The notes under the pieces are model-generated. The model was not told where the DNA came from, did not search any database, and worked only from the letters and a program-made list of their open reading frames with translations. Shown piece by piece: positions 50,701 to 64,000 of a stretch of DNA of 64,000 bases. This DNA is from the human T2T-CHM13v2.0 reference genome, Homo sapiens: the NCBI GenBank assembly GCA_009914755.4, contig CP068257.2, positions 15,072,001 to 15,136,000 on the forward strand, in the 5' to 3' direction. Position numbers and translations under genes: made by a program. Positions within the stretch are counted from its first letter, which is position 1. The number at the start of each line of letters is the position of its first letter.

Positions 50701-51599
50701 CCCAAGAGACCATCTTAAGACAAACACTAGAGGAAGAGACTTCAGCTCATTAGGAAAGATTGATAAAAACATGACAAAAGAACTGGCAGAAAACTTTGAA
50801 TATGTTTGACTGTAAAATAAATGTGACAATTATGGTTAAGTGAGAGAAGGCAAAGGTATATTCTCTGACAATGAAGAAATAATAAGAGAAAAAGTAGGAA
50901 AGAGAAGGTAGGAAAAGACTGAAAGAAGAATAATTTTCTGATTGTCTCATCTTGGAGTCAAAGAAGGTCATTTACAGTTGACCAATAAAATACAAATACA
51001 GAGAATATATATTTGCAATGTTACACATTTATATTTTACCTAATTGTTAGAATAATGCACAAAATCAGGAGTTAAAACCATAACTAATTTTCAAGAATCT
51101 GCGGTTTGGCTGAGGCAGCTCTGCCTCAGGAGGCAAGTCTGTGGCTCCAAGTCTTCTTTATGTGGCTGTAACTCTTTTGGAGATAGAAACTAGCTAACCA
51201 GGCGTGATTTTATGCTGATGATAGAGGCTCAAGAGACCAAGTGGAAACACATAATGCTTCTTCCCTCTTAACATTGAAATGACCGTCACTTTTCTGAGCT
51301 CACTTTTTTTTTTTTTGTAATACCTTCTCATACATAACCAAAAGCAACCAAAACATGCTTCTGACATTCTAGAACCATCTTGTTCAACCTTCCATTCTGC
51401 CTGAAATCACAAGATGATTGGCTGCATTTTATAATTTTTGATCTAAAGTAAGTAAACCTTTTGCTGTCTACCTTTTATAAACTTTTAACCGTGTGAGTAT
51501 AGTGGCTTTACAAAAAATTAAAAAATACTATTTAGAGGGAGAGCATGATTTTGGGAAATAAATTAAACCATTAAACAGAATATTCGGGTTTTGGTTCAG

Positions 51600-51720
51600 A
51601 TTCAGTTACTAACTTGCTTGTGACTGTAGATGAGCCACTTAATCCCCTGAGCTTAGTTCCCTCATCTGTAAAAATGATGGGGTTGGATTAGGCAATCTTC
51701 AAGTTTCTTCCTCCTTTAAT
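51600..51720 (+). repeat. MIR SINE fragment
   Basis: '…cttgcttgtgactgtagatgagccacttaatcccctgagcttagttccctcatctgtaaaaatgatggggttggattaggcaatcttcaagtttcttcc' matches MIR 'ctgtgtgaccttgggcaagttacttaacctctctgagcctcagtttcctcatctgtaaaatgggg…'. Confidence 0.55.
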
Positions 51721-52004
51721 ATTCGGTGGGTCTATGATTTAATACAGTGTTCACCAAACTGTGGCCCAGGAAAATAGCTCTGGAGTCCAGCCATTATTCC
51801 ATCTTTTTATCGGCACTTCCGTCCTCTGCTTTCCTGAAACACAGGAATAATGAATAACTGTTTTCCCAATCCTAAAATTATATAATTCAAGTCATGTAAA
51901 GGATAAATATTAGGAAACTCAAGAAACAGCATGCTTTCAAAGGCATTCAAAACAAATGATGACAGGAAAATTCCCTAAAAGACTTACATTGAACCATTGT
52001 TTTA

Positions 52005-52322
52005 TCTGTTTTTTGTTTTGTTTTGTTTTGTTTGAGACAGAATCTCGCTCTGCCGCCCAGACTGAAGTGCCGTGGTGTGAACTTGGCTCACTGCAACCTC
52101 CACTTCTGGGTTCAAGAGATTCTCCTGCCTCAGCCTCCCAAATAGCTAGGATTACATGCATGTGCCACCACTACTGGCATACATATATATATATAGTAGT
52201 TTTAGTAGAGACGGGGTTTCACCATTTTGGCCAGGCTGGTCTTGAACTCCTGACCTCCAGTGATCTGCCTGCCTCAGCCTCCCAAAGTGCTGGATTACAG
52301 GGGTGAGTCACTGCACCTGGCC
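52005..52322 (-). mobile_element. Alu (AluS/J-like), antisense, with a (TTTTG)n tail and an internal (TA)n expansion in the A-rich linker
   Basis: …ttgagacagaatctcgctctgccgcccagactgaagtgccgtggtgtgaacttggctcactgcaacctccacttctgggttcaagagattctcctgcctcagcctcccaaatagctaggattacatgcatgtgccaccactactggcatacatatatatatatagtagttttagtagagacggggtttcaccattttggccaggctggtcttgaactcctgacctccagtgatctgcctgcctcagcctcccaaagtgctggattacaggggtgagtcactgcacctggcc. Confidence 0.94.
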
Positions 52323-54844
52323 TGAACTGTGATTTTAGACATCATAGAAATAGTAATAAAATCATGAACATATTTTAACATATGCATTTAATATAAATCT
52401 ACAAAAATTACCTTTTCTTCATGTATAGATTACAATATGGAATTTGGGTAAACCCCAGGAAATTTTCTGTTCATTGTAAGATTAAGCTCAATTAAAGCTG
52501 AGAGTGAAATATTTCTTCCCCCTGTTGTCTAGCAATTCATGATTAACATGACTTATGTTAATCTTACAGTTATGTGCCTACATTCTGTGTCCTATCTCTG
52601 CATCTTATAGAAAGTAAGATACCACTTACTTCCTCAGTAACTTCCACACACACTACAGCACTGTGTACACGTATGTGCTCTAATATGGTTCTATTTTGAC
52701 TGGCCCATGACATGAGGAAACAGATGAGGCGGCAGGGCAGATGTAGCCCTCTTAGATGACGAAGAATTCTAAATTCCCCCTCATTAATATAAATGAACAA
52801 ATGAAGAAAATAGGCAAAGTAGGCAAAGTTTTTCTGTCCATTATGTTAGCAGCCTTTTCCAAAGTGAATCAATGTCCCAGGTCTGAGAACCTACATTTAT
52901 ACAGTGAAAATATTTGCACAATCAAAAATATAACAGTGGTATTTTTTGCTCTCCTATCCAAGGAGGATTTGATACCCAGATATTTCCCTTAACAAGAAGG
53001 GAAGGATGACTGTGCCTCTTTGTCTCAAAACGCAGGTTGAATGAAGCTGTGGAGAGTAAGATTGCAACATTCAGTGCAATCTCCATACATCCTCTGGACA
53101 CATGGAATATGCCTAGCTGGTGTGCCATTTTAGTAGTGTCTTACTACATTTCTTCTTTCATTAATCTAAGTGTACTTTTTGTTTTCCACAGGAACTTTCT
53201 GGAAACCACAATTTTTCTCATCTAAGAAATGATAGATTTCTTTCATATCTTGCACTGCAGTCAGAATCAGCATTCCTTAAATAAATGGTCTCACATAGTC
53301 CCAATTCTATATGATGACATCATCCTTGTTCCCTACACATGAAAGTATGTGTTTTGTGATTTTTTTAAAGTCAGTATCTCCTATGAAGCTGTATAAACCA
53401 CTAAAATCAGACTGGCAGAACTGAACTTTTTTTTTTTTCAGTCAGAGAAGGATCATGTAAATACAAACAAGATTCAGTTAGGGCAATAAAACTCCATCTC
53501 ATTTTTTTGTAGGTCTGAAACAGCTGCTTTATTATGTGAGCCAAGAGAAGTTTGGGTGGCTCTACTCAGAGGAATTCTGTCCTAATTATCCTCAATCATC
53601 ATGGATATCACCTGTTTTGACATCCTTGATTCAAAACTGGTCTTACTTCTTGATTAATTTTCTATTACAGAATTTGTGTTTGCATGAAGCACATCAATGA
53701 TACATAAAGTGTATCTGAATGTTATTTTATATGTATCTTCTCTACTCTTTTTATTGTGTTAAATGACCACATTATTCCTTTGTAAAACCTATTACAATTA
53801 TATCCAACTATAATAATGTAGTATAATATTATTAAAAGCAATCCCCCAAATGCAATACTACAGTAATGCTTTAACAAATTATTGTTTCTTCTCTCAAATT
53901 ATATAAGATTTTCACTGACTAAAAAAAAGTGCCTCCATTTCCTTAATTACATATATATTTTCTCTTGCTTTCGTCTTTCAAAAGTCATAAAATTGAACTG
54001 AAAATATCATTATTTGGATTAGTAGCCTTGTAGAAAAATGCTTTACAATATTACAATTTGGATTAGTTGTTTTTGGGAAACTGAAATCCCACCAGTTCCA
54101 AAACTATTGCTTTCACTCCTGAGAAATAACTGAAAATAAAATGCTATTTTACAGTGCTATTAAAATTGGGTAGGAGTTGATATGAGAAGTGAAATCAGTC
54201 GTTTTTCAAAGAAGACCAGAAACAAACACAAGAAAATCTAAGAGTTTAAAAATATTAAATATATTAGATTCATAAATTAATCATGACATTGGTCCAAGAG
54301 GACCTCAAACTAAAAATACATATTGTGCTTGTTCTACTCCTACTGACTCCCTGTTTTCCATTTCTAAGATGCTGTAGTATTATCTCAATAAAAAATTTTC
54401 TGGTTTTGTCAATTTTCTTTAATGTGGGAAATCATTATGATGTATATTTTCAAAGCATTTTGAATTTAAACTTAGGTACCCTGGTGTTTTCAGAGGTGAT
54501 ATAACCTTTGAGATATTGCTACATTACTATTTGTTATCACTTAAAACCACTCGATATTTCCTGGGATCTTGGATTCCAAAATTAATGAACCAGCTTAGCA
54601 AAATCATTGCAGATCACCAACAGCTGTTTTTATTTCACAGGACACCTAAGTTAGCAAAAGCCTTCTGGGGATTTCATATTGTCAGAAAGAGAACACAGCT
54701 TGTCTGGAATATCATCATGCCAGCCACCAAGTTCATAAAAAAACTCTAAGGCAGAAGAGAATACATCCTTTAACTCTTTTTGCCTCTGAAGTTGGAGAGG
54801 TGATTTGTTTTGGACTTGAGGTCCCGTAAAACAAGCAGACAAGA

Positions 54845-54958
54845 TTGGGTGCGGTGGCTCATGCCTGTAATCTCAGCACTTTGGGAGGCCGAGGCAGGTG
54901 GATTATGAGGTCAGGAGATTGAGAGCATCCTGGCTAATATGGTGAAACCCCATCTCTA

Positions 54959-54999
<41 letters not shown>

Positions 55000-55119
55000 A
55001 GCCGGGTGTGGTGGCGGGTGCCTGTAGTCCCAGCTACTCCAGAGGCAACAGAGCAAGATTCCATCTCAAAAAAAAAAAAAAAACAAACAAACAAAAAAAA
55101 AAAACCAAGAAAAAAAAAA
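54845..55119 (+). mobile_element. Alu, sense, with atypical internal structure: a ~36-nt pure poly-A middle linker and a right monomer carrying a large internal deletion, then a patterned A-rich tail; flanked by a 12-bp TSD
   Basis: ttgggtgcggtggctcatgcctgtaatctcagcactttgggaggccgaggcaggtggattatgaggtcaggagattgagagcatcctggctaatatggtgaaaccccatctctactaaa + A36 + ttagccgggtgtggtggcgggtgcctgtagtcccagctactc|cagaggcaacagagcaagattccatctcaaaaaa… Direct repeat aagcagacaaga at 54833-54844 and 55120-55131. Confidence 0.9.
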
Positions 55120-58100
55120 AAGCAGACAAGAATAGTTTTTGAGACCTACATAACTTTTTTACCAAGTCTACTCATTCGTCATTCAACTTCAGGTGCAAGA
55201 CTCTGGATTTTGTGCAGTGTAAATATATAGAAAAAAAAACTACAAATTTTGTCCTGAAGGACCTATTAGCTTATGAATGGAAGTAATGAATTTACACAAA
55301 CACCTGGATAAATGGTGAAAACTAAACTCACCCAATTCCACTGGTACCAAACCTATGCCTTCTCATACATGCCCTGTTTTAGTAATGTTACCCACTCCCC
55401 TCAGAGACAGACACCTAGCAACCTTGCTAACTCCTTCTTCTGCCATTACCTTTCTATCCCTGCTACCCAAGTTTTAGATGAGAAATCAATCTCATTCCCT
55501 TTCCCCTCAATAATTGTCTGACTGGTTCCCCTCATTCCACAGCTTCTTCGAGATGACATTTCTAATATAAACATCTGATCACATTCCGTACTGATAACCT
55601 ACAAGCTAAGCTCCAAACTCTCATTTGGAAAGTAAGGTCTTTGCCATCTGACTCCTGACTGTCTCTCCCATCTTAGTCCTCATCACTTCCCTCCATGCCA
55701 TGCAAGTTCCAGCTACTCTGAGCTACTTAGTTATCCTCAAACATGTATTTAAGCACATGCCATCGCCTGTGTCCGTTCGTCTGGAATGTCTTGTGCCATC
55801 CCACTGTATACCCTGTGTGGTTCACTGTGAACTCATTCACCCTTCATTCTCAGTCCAAGCATCTTTTTCCTGTAATATATTTCATAATGCCTCAATAATT
55901 ATATAGCATTTTATCTACATAATAGTATCAGTTGTCCTATGCTTTCACTACCTTTCAACATGACATTGTATTTATTATCATGTCTGTCTCACCACGAATT
56001 TGTGAACTTCTTGATGGTAGAGACAATATGAATTTTTTTTCGTGTTCATATCCCCAGTTCTTAGTGCAATACTGAACACACAGTAAATACTCAATAACTA
56101 TTCAATTAAAAATACAATTATAAAGTAATAAGACAAGTCAGAACGTGGAAAATGCCATATCCCTAATAATAGTTAGATATGAGTTAAGAGAGAGTATATA
56201 AAGATGAGAAAAACAGGAAAAGCTTTATGGTGTATGTTGCACTTGAGCCAATCATAGAAGAATGCAAAGAATTTGCAAACACAAAAATGGAAGGGAGAAA
56301 AATTTAGCTTGGGGAATTGCATGACTGGTAACAGAAAGTTGAAAAAAATATTTGCTGTGTATGAGGAACTGGTTTGAATAGAGAATAAGGGCAAGAAAAA
56401 AATTATAATAAATAAGGTAGAAAAGTTACCTTAGAGAATAGATTCTTGGAGGTCATGAATATCCAGTTAAAAAGTATAAAATTCATATTTTATCTCTAAG
56501 AAATAAAGTATAAATATATTGAAAAATTGTCTTCACACACACATTGTATCAGGCAAGGGAACTATAATAAATTAAGTAGAAAAGTTAGCTTGGGAAAATA
56601 TGGAAGTCCACATACAATTATTTTTCTCTAGGAAATATGGATATATTAAAAGATAAATAGAGGATTCTGCTATAGTTTTTATATAAATACAGTTATAGAC
56701 ATTGACATTGATATCCTGGCAAATTAAGGCCAAACAATTAAATAGAATACAGACAGTGTAGAAGAATGATTTTGACAATCTGAATTTGGATAATTGAAAT
56801 TCAGAGTATATAAAATTTTAGGAGACATAATCTACATAATTTGGTACCTGGATAGAGGAAATAGGTAAGGAAAAGGGGAAAGACAAGGGAGAGAGATATC
56901 AGTCAAATAACCCATTGATTGAGCACCTCCTCTCTATTACCTTGTACCATTAATTTGCTTCCCTTGTATAAGCCAGATAAGTTTACTGAAAATGGGGCCC
57001 TTCATTATCTGTTCTGAAACTCTACCACTCAGTTGAGGGTGTGGTTTATTTGAGTTAATCAACAAATTTTGAATGGATCTAACTACAGTTGAATAGTTAA
57101 TAAGACTATGGCTTATGTTAAGTTTACCAGTCTTTGGTTTATCTTATGAAGGGTAGTCAACAATCAAATCTGTACACTGTGCCTTTTGAAGACCTGGGAC
57201 TACATAACATATAGCTCAATGGGTTCTTATAGTTCAGTGGCCCCTGCTGTTTAATCTTAATGCACATGGAAAAAAAAAATGTCAGCTTGAGGAAGAACTC
57301 TCTTATTGTAACAGTACATACACCGTTTTATGCTAAACATAGTGAGCCATACCATGTTTGCCAACAAATTATTCTTGGCAAAAATAGCAACAATTGTGTA
57401 TTTAAAGTTCCCCCCAAAATACTGTTTGTCGTTCAAATGATGAAATGTAAATTTAGAAAACCAAGGGAATTAAGACACTGAATCTTTTATGCCCTCTTTA
57501 TTACGTTTTCTCTGTGGAAAATAAACTGTGCTGTATAAAGTATCACCTTGAGAAAAAGGAATACAAAAATACTTTGGCTGCCACTTTACAAAAATTCTGT
57601 TAGCTACTTTTATTTGCACATTTTTTTCTTTTTTCTTTCCTAATGGTTTTCATTATAATTTAAATATATAGAGAAATTACCTCCCGGGATATACTAATCT
57701 TGAATACTTCCTTGTTATGTCTAGAATAGGTTATTACAAAGCTTCTAAAAATCCTTGATATTTCTAAGGAAATATAGGAACTACCAACAATTATGGTTTC
57801 CTCCCCGTTTTCTCTGTAAATTCTAAAGTAATTGGATAGCATTAGGCCAATAATTATCTAATTTGAATTTTTAAAATATCAAAGTTGTCAAGGAATTGTC
57901 TTTCTGCGATGTGGGGCATTGAAAGGAAACTTGTGAATTACTACCCTTCTTTTCTGTGTCTATACATGACAGGATCTACTGTTCCTACAGTTAATTCAGT
58001 CAAAGAAACCATTTGATCTGAATGTGTGACCGAATGACCAGTGGTTTGACTGAATTCACAGCCACCGTGGCTGCTCTGCCCATGCGAGTCCACAAGGGCT

Positions 58101-58849
58101 TTGTTTGCTTGCTGGCAGTCTCTGCACAGAGAACACACAGCATATGCCAGGTGGCCATGTGTCTGAGGCAGAGGGAAGGGAGAACAAAGCAAAAAAAGAT
58201 TCCATTTGGACAGAGATGCTTTAAGCCATCCGACTGCCAGTAACATATTAAAGAGAGAAGAAAATGCAATGATGCTTGAATATACTCAACAGTAAACAAC
58301 TTTAAGCCTGAGCTTCAGATCACAAATCTCCCTCTGCCGCTGCTGACATGCTCAGCTTGAACGTGGTTGCAGGAGACAAAGGAACCTGCTCCAGGAAGAA
58401 AACAGAAGAGAGAATTCTCACCCTGATTTTAATCTATCTCAGATGAATGTTGAAGAACCAGTGATACCATAACAATTGTATTCTTATGTCAAAAACCTGT
58501 TCTGTTGAAGGTGAGAATAGAGGAAGAAGGTTCTAGAATGGCAAAAACGAGAACTCACTTTCCTGTCCACCTCTTTTTTCTTTATGTCAACCCTCCATTT
58601 GGCACTTATCACACTGCTCACCACTGGCTTCCCAACAAACCGTGAAATGAAAAAGACAGATGTTAATGCCATCTCAGAAGAGTTGGGAGCTGCAAACTAT
58701 TATTTTAGAAAGTCAGCAGGGCAATGTGGATTCCTTTAAAAGTGGAATATCATTTCTCAAATAAGTGTAATATTGCCCCCATTCCCTGCCTCATGATTTA
58801 GGATAAATAAATTTTCTTTTCTGTATTATTTTCTCATTACTCATTAATT

Positions 58850-59070
58850 GAGTAGCTGATATGGGCTAGATAGTGTGCTAGCAGCCTGATCTTCATTCAG
58901 TATTTTCAGTCTTCCCAACAGTGCTACTGAGCCCCACTGTGTTCATCTTACAGATGGAAATACTGACATTCAGAGGAGTTAGTTAACTTGCCTAGGTGAT
59001 TCAGCTAATAAGTGCAAGAAAGATTTCAATCCAAGGTGATTTGATTCTGAAGCCTGTGCTAATCACATTA
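58850..59070 (-). repeat. MIR SINE fragment (antisense)
   Basis: '…cagtattttcagtcttcccaacagtgctactgagccccactgtgttcatcttacagatggaaatactgacattcagaggagttagttaacttgcctaggtgattcagctaataagtgcaagaaagatttcaatccaaggtgatttgattctgaagcc' parallels the reverse complement of MIR (…ccccattttacagatgaggaaactgaggcacagagaggttaagtaacttgcccaaggtcacacagctagtaagtggcagagctgggattcgaacccagg…). Confidence 0.55.
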
Positions 59071-62000
59071 CACCAAGCTACAACTTCATTTATAAATAAT
59101 AAGTCAGCTTTCAAGGGCCTTTCAGGTGTCCTGCACTTCTACAAGCTGTGCCATTTAGTGAACACAAAATGAGCCTTCTGATGAAGTAGTCTTTTCATTA
59201 TTTCAGATATTAGAACACTAAAATTCTTAGCTGCCAGCTGATTGAAGGCTGGGACAAAATTCAAACATGCATCTACAACAATATATATCTCAATGTTAGT
59301 CTCCAAATTCTATTGACTTCAACTCAAGAGAATATAAAGAGCTAGTCTTTATACACTCTTTAAGGTATGATATCATCTGGAAAGTAACAAAACTGATGCA
59401 AATTTGAATGAACTTTATCATGGTGTATTTACACAATGTGTTTCTTCTCCCTGCAATGTATTTCTTTCTCTAATTCCTTCCATTTGATCTTTCATACACA
59501 ATCTGGTTCTGATGTATGTTTTTTGGATGCACTTTTCAACTCCAAAAGACAGAGCTAGTTACTTTCTTCCTGGTGCTCCAAGCACTGTATTTGTATCTGT
59601 ATTCAAGCCCTTTGCAATATTGTACTGGATCATTATTTCACCTCTAGGATGGCTTCCCCAGGCAACTTGTGTTCACCCAGAGACTACATTTTGTATCTTG
59701 TTGACCTTTGAACTTCCACCAGTGTCTAAAAATAATATGTATGCAAAATTACTTGCTATGAGAATGTATAATTAAACAATATAAAAAGGAGAAGCAAGGA
59801 GAGAAACACAGGTGTGTATTTGTGTTTGTGTGCTTAAAAGGCAGTGTGGAAAAGGAAGAAATGCCATTTATAGTGAGGAGACAAAGTTATATTACCTCTT
59901 ATCTGGCTTTTAAGGAGATTTTGCTGAGCTAAAAATCCTATATTCATAGAAAAGCCTTACCTGAGTTGCCAATACCATCTAAGATTATTCTTTAAAAAGG
60001 ATTTTAAAGATCTAATTTACTTTTTGTCATGCACTGCTTGCTATTTGCATTCCACTCTGGCTGAACATTGAAATGAGACGAGCCTTTATCACCTTTGTGT
60101 CTGGTCACGTCTGCTTCCTCATCTCCCTGTGCTAGCACAGTGCTGCAGTACCAGGCTATAAACACAGCAGCAAAATCGTTCAGGAAAAGAAAAAGAAAAA
60201 GAATCAGAAAACAGAAAGCTGCTTTTGGTCATAATTGGATGAAAATATATGTAATAAAAACATTTCTATCGGTAGCAGGTTTTTTTAATAAGTTCTTCTT
60301 TTCTTTATAACTAAATTTTTGAAAATGCAGACATTTGGCCTTAGATATCTCATGGATGTAAAATTGGCATCAGATCAGTACAGTTTGCTAGCCAAGCTTA
60401 AAAAGGAAAATATAATGGGAAAACACTGTGATTTTATAGTTCTTATAAAAATGAGAAAATCACAACCTGCACAAAAACCCCAAGTTGAACATCCCTTAAA
60501 TCTGCCACGAAAAGACCAAGATCCATGTTTTCAGTTTTGAGGATGACCTTAGAAACCTACGTGGGGTTTACTTTAGTTTACCCTAACGTAACTGTAGATC
60601 CATCTCAGCAAACAGATGTGCAGAACATGAGCTGTACATTCATTGGCTCAGGAAACGGAATTGAGAATTTAAGCTGATTTCCATTTTTATTATGTAGTAT
60701 GACTTTTGCTTCTTTGTTCTCTCATAATAAACTTCAGTCCCCTTGAAAATACCCTAACTGATAACCTCTAACAGGGTTAGATTGTATGAGCTGACTGTAG
60801 ACTTGTTTATGACTGCCTTACTCAAATATGCACCTGACATCCTTTCTCTCAGTGGAATAACAAATCAGATCTTTCCAGAGCAGAAGAGAGGTACAAGCTC
60901 TTCCTAATAAAATAAATATAGTACCACTTGTGTATGGTAGAATCTTTTGAACCAAATTAAAACTGTATTTTTGAGACAGACCTTTAGCATGGAAAACTCA
61001 GCATCTACAACCTTGCTAAAAAAGAGATTGCACTGAAAGATTCGCCACCTCCGCGGTGGGCATTTGTACCAACTCTTTATTTTTTACCCACCAAACCCTT
61101 TTACCTCCCTTGTCTTGTCTCTCTGTGCTCCCAGAGATGATTGTTGTGAATTCATGTCCTCAGCTCTCCTGCAGGCTGGACTTCAGTTAGGTTTGGCCCA
61201 CAACCCCACCAACAAAAGAGGGTGGGAACACTTACTCTACTTTTCCTTGCTGCTTTGGTGCCACAACTGTGGCAGTGACTGTGTCCCTCTCCAGTTATGC
61301 TTTTATCAGAGAGTCCTTTTCCATGGTCCTCATTCCAGTGACCCACCATCACTCCAGGTCGTTCCTGTGTCCCTTTCGCCCTTGGAGCGGCCACATCTTC
61401 CTAATATTGCTGGTATTTGGATGTCTGACCAACTCTTGTTTGCTTTCTTATCCCTGTTCACACTCTAACTGTTGTTTCTTTTTTAAAAACTTTTCATATG
61501 AACCACCTGTGATGAATCCAGTGTCCTGCTTGGACCTTAATGCTAAAGAATGCAAACATTTCTTTCTTTAAAACAAAAATCAATGCTTACTTGAACAAAA
61601 TAATCTACTAGACAGTCACAGATGGATTCTAATTGGCTTGCAGTAGTAGGAAGGCCACTGTGATCAAGGTTATCTAACTTCCTTCACCCTTACTCTCTGT
61701 GGCAGAGACTGATAGAACATGAAGCAACTAAAGTCTGTGTCTTCTAAGAACTTCAAGGAAGCTGTCAAAAGTCTTCCAGAGTCTTTAAGGAATCTGCTAG
61801 ATTGAGTGGAAATATTTCATATTGATGGAGGCAGAGAGGGCACATGTATATTCTCCTGGCTGAGACACAGCATAAAGTCAAGGAGGAAGGGGACAGAGAA
61901 GATCTACCAAAGTCTAGTCCCCTTTAACTTGAAGTGGCAAGGATGGCTGAATTCTAGGACATCTCAGTAAAAGAAAAAGGTTTCTAAGACATCTTTTTGC

Positions 62001-63321
62001 CCAGAAAATAAGGACATCCTCACAAAATGAGCTGAACATATCAGGACAACCCAGGATTTAAAGATATAAAGGGGATCCCACTGACCAAATCTGGACATTT
62101 GAGCTAAAAAAAAAAAGTAGTGATAATCATTTATAACTCACTGAGTTACATGAGCATCCCTGAGTTCATATGGAAAGAAAAATAGAAAGAAAGCTCTTTC
62201 TTACAGTAAAATGCCAACTAATACATGTAACATCATAATGGAGTTAATAATCTAGCACTAATAATCAATGGATTTCAAATTAGTGGGTGAAAATTTGATA
62301 AAGAAGAGGCTATTTCAGAGTGTCAAAGAATGTCCCCACCAATTGCTTATTAATTACTAAGAGAAAAATAACAGTTTTACCATGGAGAAACCTAACAGAT
62401 ACCATGGAAGGGTGGCAGAATATGCCACCCAAAATATGCCGCTTTGGTATAAGGATTCCTTTGAGTTAAAGAGACTTTAAAAATAAGTAGCAGGTGCAGG
62501 AAGGACACTCTGATCCTCCTTTTATTCTTCCTGAAAATAGGAGATAAAAGCCCCATATGGAAGATGTCTTGCCTATACCAGAAGGAAAGTAACATTCTTA
62601 TCATCAAGGACATGAAGTTGAGACTGAGAGAGTTCTGTACAAACAGACCTTGTTAAAATAATTCTTATCTTCCTTCAGCAACATTCCCCCACCCCGTGTA
62701 GTCTAGTTACTTTTCCACAATTGCCTCTTTTTCAATCTAATATAAAAACATTTAGGTTTTGCTACTTCTTTGGGTCATCATTTTCTTATGAGGACTCCTG
62801 TGTTATGTAAAACTTTTATGAGATAAATCTGTATGTTTTTCTCTGTGAATCTGTCTTATGTAAGTTTAATTCTTTGGCCCACTGAAAAACTAAGAGGCAA
62901 GAGGTAAAATTTTGCCTCCCCTGAACCATCTTAATCAAGGGTTCCATCAAAGTTACTATCACCAATATAGCAAAAAGTCCTATTACGTGCCTCCTGAGAT
63001 GATATGCGAGAATAAACAACTCACTTTTTTTGTAATATTCTTGCTGAAACTGAGTGATGGACTCCTCTGTTAACTCAGGGTTCTTGATACAGAGAAATCG
63101 CTCTTGCTTTCATGTTGCTCACCTGACAGAAACTGCAATCTCATGTGTTGGAAAATATGTACCTGCTGAGATGGTACAAGGGGAAGCAGAGAGAGAGAAA
63201 TCTTCAAAGACTGTTGGCATTCCAAAAGGCTGTGCCTGAGGCCACTAATGTAAAACTGAAGACTGTGAGAAGGATGTAACTAGAAGAGAGGGTCTGAGAG
63301 ATGATGAAGAAAGAGAACAGA

Positions 63322-63640
63322 GCTGGGTGTGGTGGCTCATGCCTGTAATCCCAGTACTTTAGGGGGTTGAGGCTGGAGGATTTCTTGAGGCCAGGGGTTC
63401 AAGACCAGCCTGGGCAACACAGTGAGACCTCATCTCCATAAAATATTTAAAAATTAGTCAGGTGAGGTGGCATACACCTGTAGTCCCAGCTGCTGGGGAG
63501 GTTGAGGCAGGACAGGAGGATCTCTTGAGCCCAGGAGTTGGAAGCTGCAGTGAGCTCTGATTGCACCATTGCACTATAGCCTGGGTGACAGAGGGAGATC
63601 CTGTCTCAAAACAGAAAAAATAAATAAAATAAAAGGCAAA
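63322..63640 (+). mobile_element. Alu (old, AluJ-like, substantially diverged), sense
   Basis: gctgggtgtggtggctcatgcctgtaatcccagtactttagggggttgaggctggaggatttcttgaggccaggggttcaagaccagcctgggcaacacagtgagacctcatctccataaaatatttaaaaattagtcaggtgaggtggcatacacctgtagtcccagctgctggggaggttgaggcaggacaggaggatctcttgagcccaggagttggaagctgcagtgagctctgattgcaccattgcactatagcctgggtgacagagggagatcctgtctcaaaacagaaaaaataaataaaataaaag. Confidence 0.93.
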
Positions 63641-64000
63641 GTGGACTAATGGAAGACCATAGATCTACTCTTTTTTTTTCATGGATCTACTCTTAAGTCA
63701 TTTTTTCTTCTTGCCTTGACTATGAATATTCCAGAACTTCTGCTTAAATAGAATATTTTATTTCACTTAGAATCTGTGGCATGTCTACTAAACATTTTCT
63801 TTCTCCGATTTTTCATCTCTCAAGCCTTCTGTGAGACAGGACCCCATTTATTATATCAGATATTTAAGCTGCCAACATTTTCAACTTGCTCATGATTTCT
63901 CTATTATTATTCAAATGTTAACATCTCATTCAATTCTAGAGCCCAGTGTTTGGTGAAATTCCTTCTTATATCAGTATCAGTATTGGCTGTCAAAGAGGTT

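Noticed and set aside
61060-61500. Possible old LTR/MER-type repeat ('…tgtgaattcatgtcctcagctctcctgcaggctgg…ccaccaacaaaagagggtgggaacac…')
   Set aside because: Only a vague resemblance to MaLR internal motifs. I could not align the ends to any remembered consensus, so it is left unannotated.

Overview
This window is primate (almost certainly human) nuclear DNA, not a prokaryotic or phage locus, and I find no support for a novel defence or biological system. What it does contain, seen directly in the sequence, are 9 Alu SINEs (several with intact target-site duplications and A-rich tails), at least 7 LINE-1 fragments on both strands, about 5 MIR SINE fragments, 3 ancient MaLR-type LTRs and several micro/minisatellites. 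The LINE-1 fragments account for nearly all long ORFs in the six-frame track, which are ORF2 endonuclease/RT relics. Base composition is AT-rich with very few CpGs, and I see no CpG island. I could not identify any convincing host protein-coding exon, rRNA or tRNA by eye; the interspersed unique sequence looks intronic or intergenic. Long ORFs outside LINE-1 fall in low-complexity TA repeats or across Alu elements and are artefacts. The most interesting observations are structural. One is a young-looking AluY with a perfect 17-bp TSD. Another is a 3.4-kb L1PA copy with perfect 20-bp TSDs and a 19-nt non-A block inside its tail. A third is a head-to-head L1 cluster at 13.9–19.9 kb. There are also highly similar inverted and direct L1PA homology blocks about 24–27 kb apart (potential NAHR substrates), a ~450-bp TA-rich minisatellite, and GGAA, GATA, TTA and GT/TA microsatellites likely to be polymorphic. 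Coordinates of repeat boundaries are approximate (about ±10–20 bp) because I aligned to remembered consensus sequences rather than computed them.
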